A DNA stretch of 64,000 nucleotides. Origin: Heterodontus francisci (lineage: Eukaryota). The stretch covers positions 65,434,950-65,498,949 of the forward strand of contig NC_090381.1 of the NCBI RefSeq assembly GCF_036365525.1, given 5' to 3'. Of the stretch, positions 50,112 to 60,926 are shown in pieces; the stretch's first letter is position 1; each line of letters opens with the position of its first letter. Position numbers and translations under genes: made by a program. The notes beneath the pieces are model-generated. The model had not been told where the DNA came from and searched no databases. It worked only from the letters and a program-made list of their open reading frames with translations.

Positions 50112-50659
50112 GTAAGTGTTCCAATTTGTTACCAGTAAAAATTGTTATGGCTTCTGTTTGATTTAATGTAATGTAATACACATTGTGTGATCTTCTCCAT
50201 TTAATTCCACAGTCAGTGAGAATTCATAAGATTTGAGTCGTGAATTTTTTTAAAACTGCAGAATATGCATTTGAGCAGTTGCAGAAATGTTATATCTGAT
50301 CTAAAACGTCTCATCTGGTCCTTCATTTTTTGTAGTTGCTCATGTAAATTGAAAATTCTTAAAGGTGCCAATCAAATGCATGTAAATTCTATTCCACATC
50401 CAAGTAGTGCTTTACAATGCAATGTTTTGTATCTTAATTTTGTAATTCATGAAATATAGTACTTCAGTTTCTTTTAAACTTTGTGTGGAGTAAAAAGCAA
50501 TCCTCGATAACTAAATTCATGTCAAACTAATGATGTGTTGTATTTACATTTTAATACAAGTAGCCGTGCATTAAATCATGAGGATGGCTTTCTTTTGTGG
50601 GGATTTTAAACTTTTGGTTTCACAGCTTTAAAAAAAAAATACTTTCATTTCGATAGCAC

Positions 50660-52890
50660 CATTTTGCAGTCAATTAACTACTTTTTAAAAATGTAGTCAC
50701 TGTTCTAATGGAGGAAACAAGGCAGCCAATTTGCACATAAGTTCCCACAAGCAGCAATGTTGATTTAAAAAAAAAAGGAAAAAATAGATGAGAGTAAACT
50801 AGCCAGATTGTAAGAGCTTTTCTAGGTATATCAAAAGGAAGAGAGTAGCTAAAGTAAATGTTGGTCCCTTAGAAGCAGAGACAGGAGAAATTATCATGGA
50901 GAGTGAGGAAATGGCAGAGGTATTGAACAAATATTTTGTGTCTGTCTTCACAGTAGAAGACACCAGTTCCAGACCAGAAATAGACAGTAACTTGGGGCCT
51001 AAAAAGAGTGAGGAAATTGAGAAAATACATAGCAGAAAAAAAGTATTGGGGGAAACTTAAGGAACTAAAATCTGACATCTCCATGATCTGATGCCCTACA
51101 CCCTAGGGTTCGAAAAGAGATAGTGGATGCGCTAGCCATGATTTTCCGAAATTCCTTTGATTTGTGAACGGTCCCATCAGATTTTAAGTTGGCAAATGTT
51201 GCACCACTTTTCAAGAAAGGAGGGACAGAGAAAATGGGGAACTCCAGGCCAGTTAGCCTAATGTCAGTCGTTGGGGAAAAATGCTGGAATCTATGAAGGA
51301 AGTCTTAACAATTCAATTGGGAAAGCACAGTATGATTGGAACAAATCAACATGGTTTTACTAAATGGAAATCATGTCTAACAAATTTATTAGCTTTTTTT
51401 GAGGTTTTAACTAGTAGGGTAGATAAAGGGGAACCAGTAAATGTATACCTGGATTTCCAAAAGACATTCGATAAGGTGCCACACAAGGTTAATAGGCAAG
51501 ATAAGGGCTCATGGAGTTGGAGGTAATATATTAGATGGATAGATGATTGGTTAACTGACAGGATGCAACGAGTGGGCATAAACAGGGCATTATCAAGTTG
51601 GCAGGTAGTAAATAGTGGAGTGCTGCAAAGATCAGTGCTGGGGCCTCAACTATTTATGCTCTATATTAATGACTTAGATGAAAAGACAGGGAGTAATGTA
51701 TCTAAGTTTGCTGATGATACAAAGGTAGGTGGAAAGGTAAGCTGTGGGGAGGACACAGGTTGCAAAGAGTTATAGACAGGTTAAATGAGTGGGCAACAAG
51801 ATGGCAATAGACTATAATTTAGGCAAGTGTGAAGTTATTCATTTTGGTCCAAAGAATAGAAAAGCAGAATATTTTTTAAAAGGTGTGCAACTTATAACTG
51901 TTCAGAGACTTGGGTGTGCTTGTACAAGGAATGCAGAAAGTTAACGTTCAGGTACAGCAAGCAATTAGGAAGGCAAATGGCATGTTGGCCTTTATTCCTG
52001 TACGCCAATCCCCTTGCAATAAAGTATTGCTTTTGTAGTTGTACAGGGTTTTGGTGAGACCACGTCTGCAGTACATTGTGCAGTTTTGGTGTCCACATTT
52101 AAGAAAGGATATGCTTACATTGGAGGCGATTAAGCGAAGGGTCTCTAGATGAGGGGGATGTCCTATGATAGGCTAAGTAAATTGGGCCTGTATTCACTGG
52201 AATTTAGAAGAATGAGCGGTGATCTCATTGAAACATATAATATTCTAAAGGGGCTGGGTAGGGTAGACACTGAGATTATTTCCGCTGGTCTGGGAATCTA
52301 AAACACGGGGGCTCGGTCTCAAGGTAAGAGGCTGATCATTTAGGACTGAGATGAAGAGAAGTCAATTCATGCAAAGGGTTGTGAATATTTGGAATTCTCT
52401 ACCCCATCATTGAATACATTTAAGGCTGGGATAGACAGATTTTTGGTGTCTCGGAGTCGAGAGGTATGGCGAGTGGGTGGGAAAGGAGTTGAATGCTAAG
52501 ATCAACATTAATCATTTTGAATGATGGAGCAGGCTCGATGGGCCATATGGTCTACTGCTATTTCTTTTTGTTCTTGTGATAATGACTAGATAATCTGTTT
52601 TTCTAATTTGAGGGATGAATGTTAGTCAGGGCACCAGTTTGTAGGGGTGGGGTGGGGGGAGGGCTCCCCTGCTCTTCTTTGAAATAGTGCCATGGGATCT
52701 TTTATGCCCACTTGAGGGGGCAGGTGGAGCCTCTGTTCAACTTCTCATCTGAAAGACGGCACTTCTGACAGCACAGCAGTCCCTCAACTGCATTGGAGTG
52801 TTGGCCTTGACTTTTATGCTCAAATCCTGGAGTGGAACTGGAATCCACAACCTTCTGACTTGGCTACGAGTGCTATCAACTGAACCACGG
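50660..52890 (-). mobile_element. Deu-domain SINE (SacSINE1-like) split by a CR1 insertion: 3' part about 50660-50763, 5' part about 52577-52890
   Basis: GTAGTCACTGTT...GGAAAC..GGCAGCCAATTTGCAC...CCCACAAGCAGCAATGT continues as GATAATGACTAGATAATCTG...GAAATAGTGCCATGGGATCTTTTA...CTCATCTGAAAGACGGCAC, ending in a tRNA-like head. Confidence 0.75.
50765..52575 (+). mobile_element. CR1 LINE fragment nested in the Deu-SINE
   Basis: QHGFTKWKSCLTNLL, YLDFQKTFDKVPH and [10 protein letters not shown]; CR1 3' tail at about 52530-52575. Confidence 0.9.
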
Positions 52891-55330
52891 CATTATATAA
52901 TAGTTTCCTTTGTCGATTAAATTATGTTCTGTTAGAGATATAAACACACAGCTGAGCTACATTGCGTGCTTTGTGACATAAATAGGTAGCCCAAATGTTC
53001 AAATGCGTATCTTGGCAAAGCAAATTTTATTCCATTAGTGGAAAAACTGGCGTGATTGTAAAGCTCCCAAAATTGCAAATGTGATTCTGTTCACCTTTTA
53101 TCGTAGAATAAAAACTGTATCAAGCTGATGTGAATTATTGTCTAGAAATCAGATTGAATCTAGCTGGGGTTATTTTGTTAAACTACTTATGCCAAGAGTA
53201 GCAACTTAGATTCCAGTCTTTAACAGACATGTTCTTCAGTGACTTGAGATTTTGGAGTCAACATCTAAAAGAATCAGGAAAAGAGTGATGGACAAACTGA
53301 AGGAAGGAAAAAGGATAACTTGAATGGCCAGAGATCCGTTTAAGTCATAAAAACAGAAAGGTAAAATAACTACTAAAAACAGAAAGGAATAATAAATAAA
53401 AACAGTTTAAACTGTTGGTGCAGCAATGTACATGGTACTCACAACGGATGAACTGGAGACAATCATTTGCCAAAAGGATCAGGAATAGTAGGAATGGTTG
53501 AATTGTGGCTACGTAGAGGACAAGGTTGGCAACTAAATATTGCCATATAATAACAGTTAGGGAGGTGGAATAGATGTAGTTAAAGATAACAAAATGAGAG
53601 GTGGAATAAAAGGATGTAGCTAGCAGTTGCAGAGTCCATATGAACTGAGTTTAAAAGATGAGAAAGAAACCATTATCCTAATGTGGGGCATATTGTACTT
53701 AACCAAATGGAAGGAAATTGGAGGAATAACTGGAGGCAAATCCACAAGGTAAGTAGCAGGCAGAGAAGAAGGTGAAATTTCAGCTATCCCCAAATAAACT
53801 GGCAAGAAGAAATATCAAAATGGAATCTAGTTTTTAATGTATACAGGACTCTTTTTATTACTCAATGTAAAAGTCCGACAAGAAAGAGCCATTGCTGGAT
53901 CTTTGTAATGGGTAATATAGGAGAATATCTTTGGAGATCACAACATAGCAAGGTCCAAGATTAGGACTGAGAATGGCATAAGTAGGATAAAGACTAAGGT
54001 AATAGAATGGAAAAAAGCAAATTCTGAGGAAATGAGGGTGGCACTAAAGAGAATAAACTGGGAGAAAATCTTGGAACAAAAGAGGCAGGAAAATAGTGGA
54101 AATTTTTTAAAAGGGTAATTAATGAAGTTCTAGTGGAATACATTTCTCGAAGTCAAAAACAAGCAAGCTGATGTGGGGCACTGTGCATGAGCAAAGAACT
54201 AAAGGAAAATTGATTCTAAAGAAAAAGACATGGAAGTAAGTACTTGGATACTAAAGGAGAGGAGGTCAAAAGAACTTGAAATTTTAAAAATAAAATCAGG
54301 AAGGCAAAGAGAAATTGAAATCAAATTATCAAGGATTATGAAAAGAAATGTGTTCTGTCGACATGCAGAATAAAAGCAATATTAAAGTAGGGTTAGGAAC
54401 ACTTAAAAGATGAGCAAGATAAACTTGCAGGTAATGAGAAAAGTGGCAGAAGTATTGAATAACTAGCTTCATTTTTACTGAAGAAGATAACAAAATAGAT
54501 ACTTTACTAGAAGATGAACTTGAATGTTAATAGAATTAGGATAGAAAGGGAGAAAATAATAAAATGGTAAAGCTAAAAGAGGATGAAACCCATGTCTGGA
54601 TGGTATGCACCCATCAATACTTAAGGAAACTAGGGAGGAAATACCAGAGCCAGTAATTTATATCTACAAAAATCTGTAGAAGATGGGGTATTGCCAGAGG
54701 ACTGTTGGACAGTTCATCTCATTCCTATATATGGAAAGGGAGATGAAACAAAACCTAAGAGCTTAATTTCAGTGATAGAAAGGTTATGGGAATTTATGCT
54801 AAAAGGTGTATTGGAGCATGTAGAGACAGGAAGTATAATAGCATAGATCCTAAAAGGCTGTCATGCTTATCCAACCTGACACTTCAAAGAATTCTAATGG
54901 AAAGAGTAGATGAGGCTAAGCATTAGATGTCATAGTTGGACTTTCAGAAGGCCTTTAAGGTACCACATGGTAGGCTAATGACAAAGGTTAGGGCATGTAG
55001 GGTTGGAGAATAAATAGCTGAATGGATAGCAAATTGACGGACTGAAAAATAGGAAGGGGTAAAGGGTAGTTATTCCGATTAGCAGAAGGTCAAAAGCAGT
55101 GAACCACAAAGATCAATGCTGTTCATAATTTACATTAATGATTTTGGAGTTTGGAATAAAGAACTATCAAAATTGTCATGAGCCTAACTGTGATGCCATC
55201 AGAATTGCAGATGATACCAAATGAGGGAGGAGGGTGTAGCTGACACTAAGGAACATAATACACGATGACATTAGAAAACTTGTAGGCTGGGTTGCAAAGT
55301 GTAAATTAATTTCAACATAGATCAGTATAA

Positions 55331-55367
55331 AGTTCTGATGAAGGGTCACTGACCTGAAACGTTAACT
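55331..55367 (+). ncRNA. Minimal type I hammerhead ribozyme motif
   Basis: AGTT-CTGATGA-A-GGGTC-ACT-GACCT-GAAA-CG-TT/AACT: core CUGAUGA and GAAA, helix II GGGTC/GACCT, helix I AGTT/AACT and a palindromic ACGT helix III as in PLE minimal hammerheads. Confidence 0.7.
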
Positions 55368-55464
55368 GTGTGTTCTCCACAGATGCTGCCAGACTGCTGA
55401 GTATTTCCAGCATTTCTTGTTTTTATTTCAGATTTCCAGTATCTGCAGTATTTTGCTTTTATTT
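55331..55464 (+). mobile_element. 134-bp Penelope-derived insertion with perfect 13-bp TSD
   Basis: TAGATCAGTATAA at 55318-55330 and 55465-55477; the body is the PLE terminal repeat. Confidence 0.85.
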
Positions 55465-55577
55465 TAGATCAGTATAAGGTAATGCACTTTGGTAGCAAAG
55501 ATAAACATCACCTACACCTTGGAATATAAACTAATGAGGTAAAAGAGCAAAGGGATGTGGGGATGCACATGAACATG

Positions 55578-55955
55578 GGGAGCAGTAATGTCACTACTAG
55601 TAATCCAGAGGTCCAGGCTAATGCCCTGGGGACATGGGTTCAAATCCCACCATGGCAGCCAGTGGAATTTAAATCCAATTAATTAATAAATTCAATTAAT
55701 AAAAATCTAGTCTCCGTTTCATGGCACCATTACTATCATCAAGTGTCGTTAAAAACCCATCTGTCCTTTAGGGAAGGAAATCTGCTGTCCTTACCTGGTC
55801 TGGCCTATGTGTGACTCCAGACCCACAGCAATGTTGACTTTTAACTGCCTTCTGAAATGGCCTAGTCAAGCCACTTAGTTGTCAAAGGCAATTAGGGATG
55901 GGCAACAAATGCTGGCCTTACCAGTGACGTCCACATCCCATGAAAGAATTTTTTA
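55578..55955 (+). mobile_element. tRNA-derived SINE (non-HE1 family) with a LINE-derived tail
   Basis: B-box GGGTTCAAATCCC at about 55636-55648; the tail GGCAATTAGGGATGGGCAACAAATGCTGGCCTT...CACATCCC matches the LINE end at 24231-24290. Confidence 0.75.
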
Positions 55956-56789
55956 AAAAATCATTAAAAGCAGCATTATGGGTCAGCAATGTAATTTTAA
56001 AAGTTAACAAAGCATTGGGATTTATTCCTAAGGGTGTAGAATTCAAAAGCAGTGAAGTTATGTTAAATTTGTATAGGACCTTGGTCAGGCCACTCTTGGA
56101 TTATTGTTCACAGTTCTAGTCTTCAAATTATTGAAAGGATGTGGAAGCACACATGAAAATGCAAAAAAGATTTACAAGGATGTTTTCAGGATGTTACCAG
56201 AAGTGAGATTACAGCTATTGGGAAAGATTGGGTTGAAGATTTTTTTCTTTAGATAAGAGACGAGTTGGAGAAGACATGATTGAAGTCTTTAAAATTTATG
56301 AATGGGGTGGAGAAAGTACTTCCACTTGTGGGAGAATCCAAAACTAGAGGCCATAAGTAGAAGATAGTTACTAATAAATTCAATTGGAAATTGAGAAACA
56401 TTCTTGCACAGTGGTTAGAATGTAGAACATCTACCACAGGAAGTAGTAGAGGTAAATAACTTAATACTTTTAAAATAATAGGAAGATGCTGAAAGGCTGA
56501 GGTAAATGGAATAGGAGGAGATGTGTCTGGACAGACTGGTGTGATTCTGTGCTGTATATTCTATGTAAATCAAAATCCTGTTTTGATATGGACACGGGTG
56601 GAAAGTAGGGATATCTGAGTAGACTTGAATATAACTGGCAGAGAAGATTGAATAGACTGGAGAACGGAGTCAGCTAAGGCAGTTTTAGACCAGGCTCTAG
56701 GTTTGGTATGCAGGTATTGATCTGTTGTAGGGAGACAAAAATGCAATATCCTATTCATGCTGTTTACACGAGACTCAGTAAACAAATGA

Positions 56790-57990
56790 GGAGGTTACTA
56801 GATATGTAGATGAGGGCAGAGCAGTAGATATAGTTTACATGGACTTCAGTAAGGCTTTTGATAAGGTCCCGCATGAGAGATTGGTTCAGAAGGTAAGAGC
56901 CCATGGGATCCAGGGCAATTTGGCAAATTGGATCCAAAATTGGCTTAGTGGCAGGAGGCAGAGGGGTGATGGTCAAGGGTTGTTTTTGCGAGTGGCAGCC
57001 TGTGACCAGTGGTGTATCGCAGGGATCGGTGCTGGGGCCCTTGCTGTTTGTAGTGTACATTAATGATTTAGACGTGCATATAGGAGGTATGATTAGTAAA
57101 TTCGCAGATGACATGAAAATTAGTGGTGTCTTAAATAGTGAAGAGGAAAGCTTTAGATTACAGGACAATATAAATGGGCGGAGCAGTGGCAAATGTAATT
57201 TAATCCTGAGAAGTGTGAGGTGATGCATTTTGGGAGGACTAACCAGGCAAGGGAATATACAGTGGATGGTAGGATCCTAGGAAGTACAGAAGGTCAGAGG
57301 GACCTTGGTGTACTTGTTCATAGATCACTGAAAGCAGCAGCACAGGTAGATAAGGTGGTTGGGAAGGCATATGGAATACTTGCCTTTATTAGCCAAGGTA
57401 TAGAATATAAGAGCAGGGAGGTTAAGATGGAGCTGTATAAAACACTAGTTAGGCCACAGCTGTGTACCATTCTGGGCACCACACGATTGGAAGGATGTGA
57501 TTGCACTGGAGAGGGTGTAGAGGAGATTCACCAGGATGTTGCATGGGCTGGAGCATTTCCACTATGAAGAGACTGAAAAGGCTAGGGTTGTTTTCCTTCT
57601 AGCAAAGAATGCTGAGGGGGGACATGATGGAGGTATACAAAATTTGAGGGGCATAGATGGGGTAGATAGGAAGAAACTTTTTCTCTTAGCGGAGGTGTCA
57701 ATAACCAGGGGGCATAGATTTAAGGTAAGGGGCAGGAGGTTTAGAGAGGATTTGAGGAAAAATTGTTTTCACCCAGAGGGTGGTTGGAATCTGCAATACA
57801 CTGCCTGAAGGGGTGGTAGAGGCAGGAACCCTCACAACATTTAAGTAGTATTTAGATGAGCAATTGAAACACCATAGCATACAAGTCTATGGGCCAAGTG
57901 CTGGAAAATGGGATTCGAATGGATGGGCTTGATGGCCGGCAAGGACACGATGGACCGAAGAGCCTGTTTCTGTGCTGTATGACCCTGACT
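56790..57990 (+). mobile_element. CR1 LINE RT-to-3' fragment
   Basis: [37 protein letters not shown] and LYKTLVRPQL; tail CCGAAGAGCCTGTTTCTGTGCTGTATGA. Confidence 0.9.
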
Positions 57991-58555
57991 TGTGGGTGTT
58001 TAACATCTGATTACCCTACTATCTTTAACCATCAGTTATAGCAGTTGGGAATTACACACTGATGTGTTAAAACATTATTTCTGAATAGTAGATGGACATG
58101 AATGTGGAAAACACTTCGGAAAGGGCGCTCTAAGGTAGAGAGCTGACTTTTAAATGTTGCTGTTTTTTTTTAAATAGAAGGATAGTAGATACCCTGACAG
58201 ATATAATTCTTCTGAGTAAGGTGTGCAAGTCATATTAACATCATCTTGGTTGTATTAGAGAGAATTCCCAAAAAATAATTAAATTATTTTTGTGTCAATT
58301 CAACTTTTACATTCTGGTGCCCGGTGCCATATTGGATATTCTTGCAGGCGAGGAAACTCAAACAATCTTGAGCTCTTAGTGATAGCACCCATTATTTCAA
58401 AATCATTCGAGTAGCAGATTTATTGTCTTACAATATTTTCCTCTTCTAGAAAAATGTAGCAAGCTTGATTATGGGATTGCTGTCATGAATCACAAGTTCA
58501 GAAGTTCCATTACAAAGATCATTGGTAGAGATTAACAGTTAGTTTTGTTCTGTAG

Positions 58556-58689
58556 TGATTTCCATGTTGCTGATGACGACGTGTTTCAAAACGAATTCAA
58601 AGTGCCACCATTTCAAGACTGCGTGCTATCTTTTCTGGGATTCTCAGATGATGAACTGAAAAGTATGGAAGAAATGACTGAAATGCAAG
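58556..58689 (+). CDS. ECT2: ECT2 exon, BRCT2 (DFHVADDDVFQNEFKVPPFQDCVLSFLGFSDDELKSMEEMTEMQG)
   Basis: TAG acceptor in phase 2, G|GTCTGT donor in phase 1; human NEFKVPPFQDCILSFLGFSDEEKTNMEEMTEMQG. Confidence 0.96.
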
Positions 58690-59100
58690 GTCTGTGGTGA
58701 ACGTACAAGAAAACTATGTAAAGCAATTGTTTTCAAGTAACTCGCCTACTATTAAACTTTAAGCATAATCATGCTTGCAAGTAGGTAATGGAGTGCAAGT
58801 GTAATCTTAAACTCCTTTTTCTTTCCAAGATAGAGTTTCTTCTGCGCATCAACCTCTGCCCCTAATGTATGTCTGTCAACTTCTTTTGAAGGTCACTTCT
58901 CATCCTCACTTTGTGTTTGTTTAATTGTGATTTGAAGATTTGGGAGCATTATAAATGCCTGGGGAAACATGAGCTCCAGCAGCTCACCATGGGGCTGCGG
59001 TTTTAAAAATTGTATTCCAGACCATAGGCTATCTGAAAAATGCTGTGAAGATCTACGATTATAAGTAATGGAAATTTGACAACTTGCTGCCCCTTTTCAG

Positions 59101-59213
59101 GAGGACGATATCTGCCTCTTAACGATGAAAACTGCACTCATCTTGTGGTGGAGAATACAATAAAACAGCTGCCATTTGAACCATCCAAAAAGCTGTTTGT
59201 CGTAAAACAGGAG
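59101..59213 (+). CDS. ECT2: ECT2 exon, BRCT2 (GRYLPLNDENCTHLVVENTIKQLPFEPSKKLFVVKQE)
   Basis: CAG/GTGAGA boundaries; human GKYLPLGDERCTHLVVEENIVKDLPFEPSKKLYVVKQE. Confidence 0.96.
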
Positions 59214-59669
59214 GTGAGAAATCTCTACCATACTTTTGGCCTTGGACTAATATAATAGAAACTTCTAATAATGTTTATTGTTGCTTTGGATTAAGGTGTC
59301 AAATCAAACTCCCCACCCCAGGCCCCCCTTCTTTTCTCCTTCTGGGTCTTTCAGGGCACATACCATATGCCAGGTGAGAGTGAAAACTGTGCAGTTGTCA
59401 TTCAGTATTCATTGAAAGAAGATGGAGATGGGTTTTATCTGGCTTTTGCTTCTCCAGTGGGACAACTGAAATGAAATTTACTATGGGAGTTAAATGGTCC
59501 ATCATTCTGTGATCTAATGTAGTGAAATATATTTATATATGTATATAAGTATTCTTTCTGCAATTGGTTATGGTTTTGATTGAGTTGATATTAAATTGAC
59601 AACAGTTAATGTGTTCTAATTGTATGTTTTCTAGTGTAGATTACTAATAAAAGTCTCTCTTCATTTTAG

Positions 59670-59732
59670 TGGTTCTGGGGAAGCATACAGATGGATGCCA
59701 GAGCTGGAGAGTCAATGTACTTGTTTGAAGAG
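59670..59732 (+). CDS. ECT2: ECT2 exon (WFWGSIQMDARAGESMYLFEE)
   Basis: TAG/GTACGT boundaries; human WFWGSIQMDARAGETMYLYEK. Confidence 0.96.
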
Positions 59733-59822
59733 GTACGTCAATTTTTTTTTCATCACCATTGGCGCACTTTTTTTTTCTGGATGTTTTTTAGCTGAAAAAA
59801 GGATTTTATTTTCTACTTACAG

Positions 59823-60039
59823 TCAGCAAGTCCAACCCTTAAGACGTCTGTGTCTTTGCTTTCACTGAGCACACCAAATAGCATGCGCAAGAGGCGCCGC
59901 TTACGCGATACACTGGCTCAGTTTACAAGAGAGGCTGACAACTTCTCGCCTTTTCCTCCATGCAAAAGGCCGTCAGCGGAAGCTTCCATTTCACTGGGAT
60001 CTTTGTTGGACATCTCTAACACGCCGGACTCCTGCAGAG
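59823..60039 (+). CDS. ECT2: ECT2 exon, S-loop/NLS (SASPTLKTSVSLLSLSTPNSMRKRRRLRDTLAQF...GSLLDISNTPDSCR)
   Basis: CAG acceptor, G|GTGGGT phase-1 donor; human SVSMLSLNTPNSNRKRRRLKETLAQL...GSLLDISNTPES. Confidence 0.95.
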
Positions 60040-60099
60040 GTGGGTTGACAGGTTTTTTTTTTATGTTCTATTGAGATGTATGAAATGTTTTTGGAATCA

Positions 60100-60910
60100 G
60101 AGTAATATAGCATAGAAGAACATGTGGCCCACTTTGCCTTTGGCTCTTTTGAAGAGTTATCCAATTAGTCCCATAATCCTGCTCTTTCCCGATAGCCCTG
60201 CCAATTTTTTCACTTCCGATTATTTAATTTCCTTTTGAAAGTTACTATTGAATTTCCATCACCACCCTTTCAACATTTTGCGCCTCGTTTTTTTGCCAGT
60301 CATCTGAAATCTGTGCCCTCAGGTTACTGACCCGTCTGCCACTGGAAAACCCTTGATGACTTTGAATACCTCTATCAAATCTCCTCATCTTCTGTATTTC
60401 TCTATTAATAAAATCAAGGCTCCTATATACTTTAACAGTCTCCAACTTGTCATGCCACCTTTCTTGCAGGCACCCACTTTAAAATTGTACCATTTCATTA
60501 TATTGTTTCACCCCATTCTTCCTACCAAAAATGTCACTTCACGTATCTGCATTAAATTTCATCTATTATGTGTTTGCCTGTTTCATCAGTCTGTGTCCTC
60601 CTGAAATCTGTTGCTGTTTCCTCATTGCTTAATACAATCCCGAGTTTCAAGTCATCTGCAGGCTTTGAAATTATGCCCTGGAACACAAATGCAGATTAAT
60701 ATCAAAAAGGGCAGTAGTCTTAATACAGACCCCGGGGAACACCACGATGTACTTTGCTCAAGTCTGGAAAAGCATTCACCACCAATCTCTGCTTTCTTAC
60801 CCTCAGCAAATTTTGTATCCACTCTACTATTGTCCCTGAAATAAACTTTAACTTTGCTTCAAGTCTATTATGTAGTAATCTGTTAAATGCCTTTTTGAAA
60901 GTCAACCTTC
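60100..60910 (-). mobile_element. Decayed CR1 LINE fragment
   Basis: Minus strand FKKAFNRLLHNRL, RGVPRG and CR1 3' UTR remnants. Confidence 0.7.
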
Positions 60911-60926
60911 TCCATTACTTCATTAG

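Larger units (their letters stand above)
53400..56569 (+). mobile_element. Old, heavily decayed CR1 LINE hosting two younger insertions
   Basis: Residual motifs GACTTTCAGAAGGCCTTT, TTGCAGATGATACCAAA, GGACCTTGGTCAGGCCACTCTTGGATTATTGT and a CTGTGCTGTATATTCTATGT tail. Confidence 0.75.
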
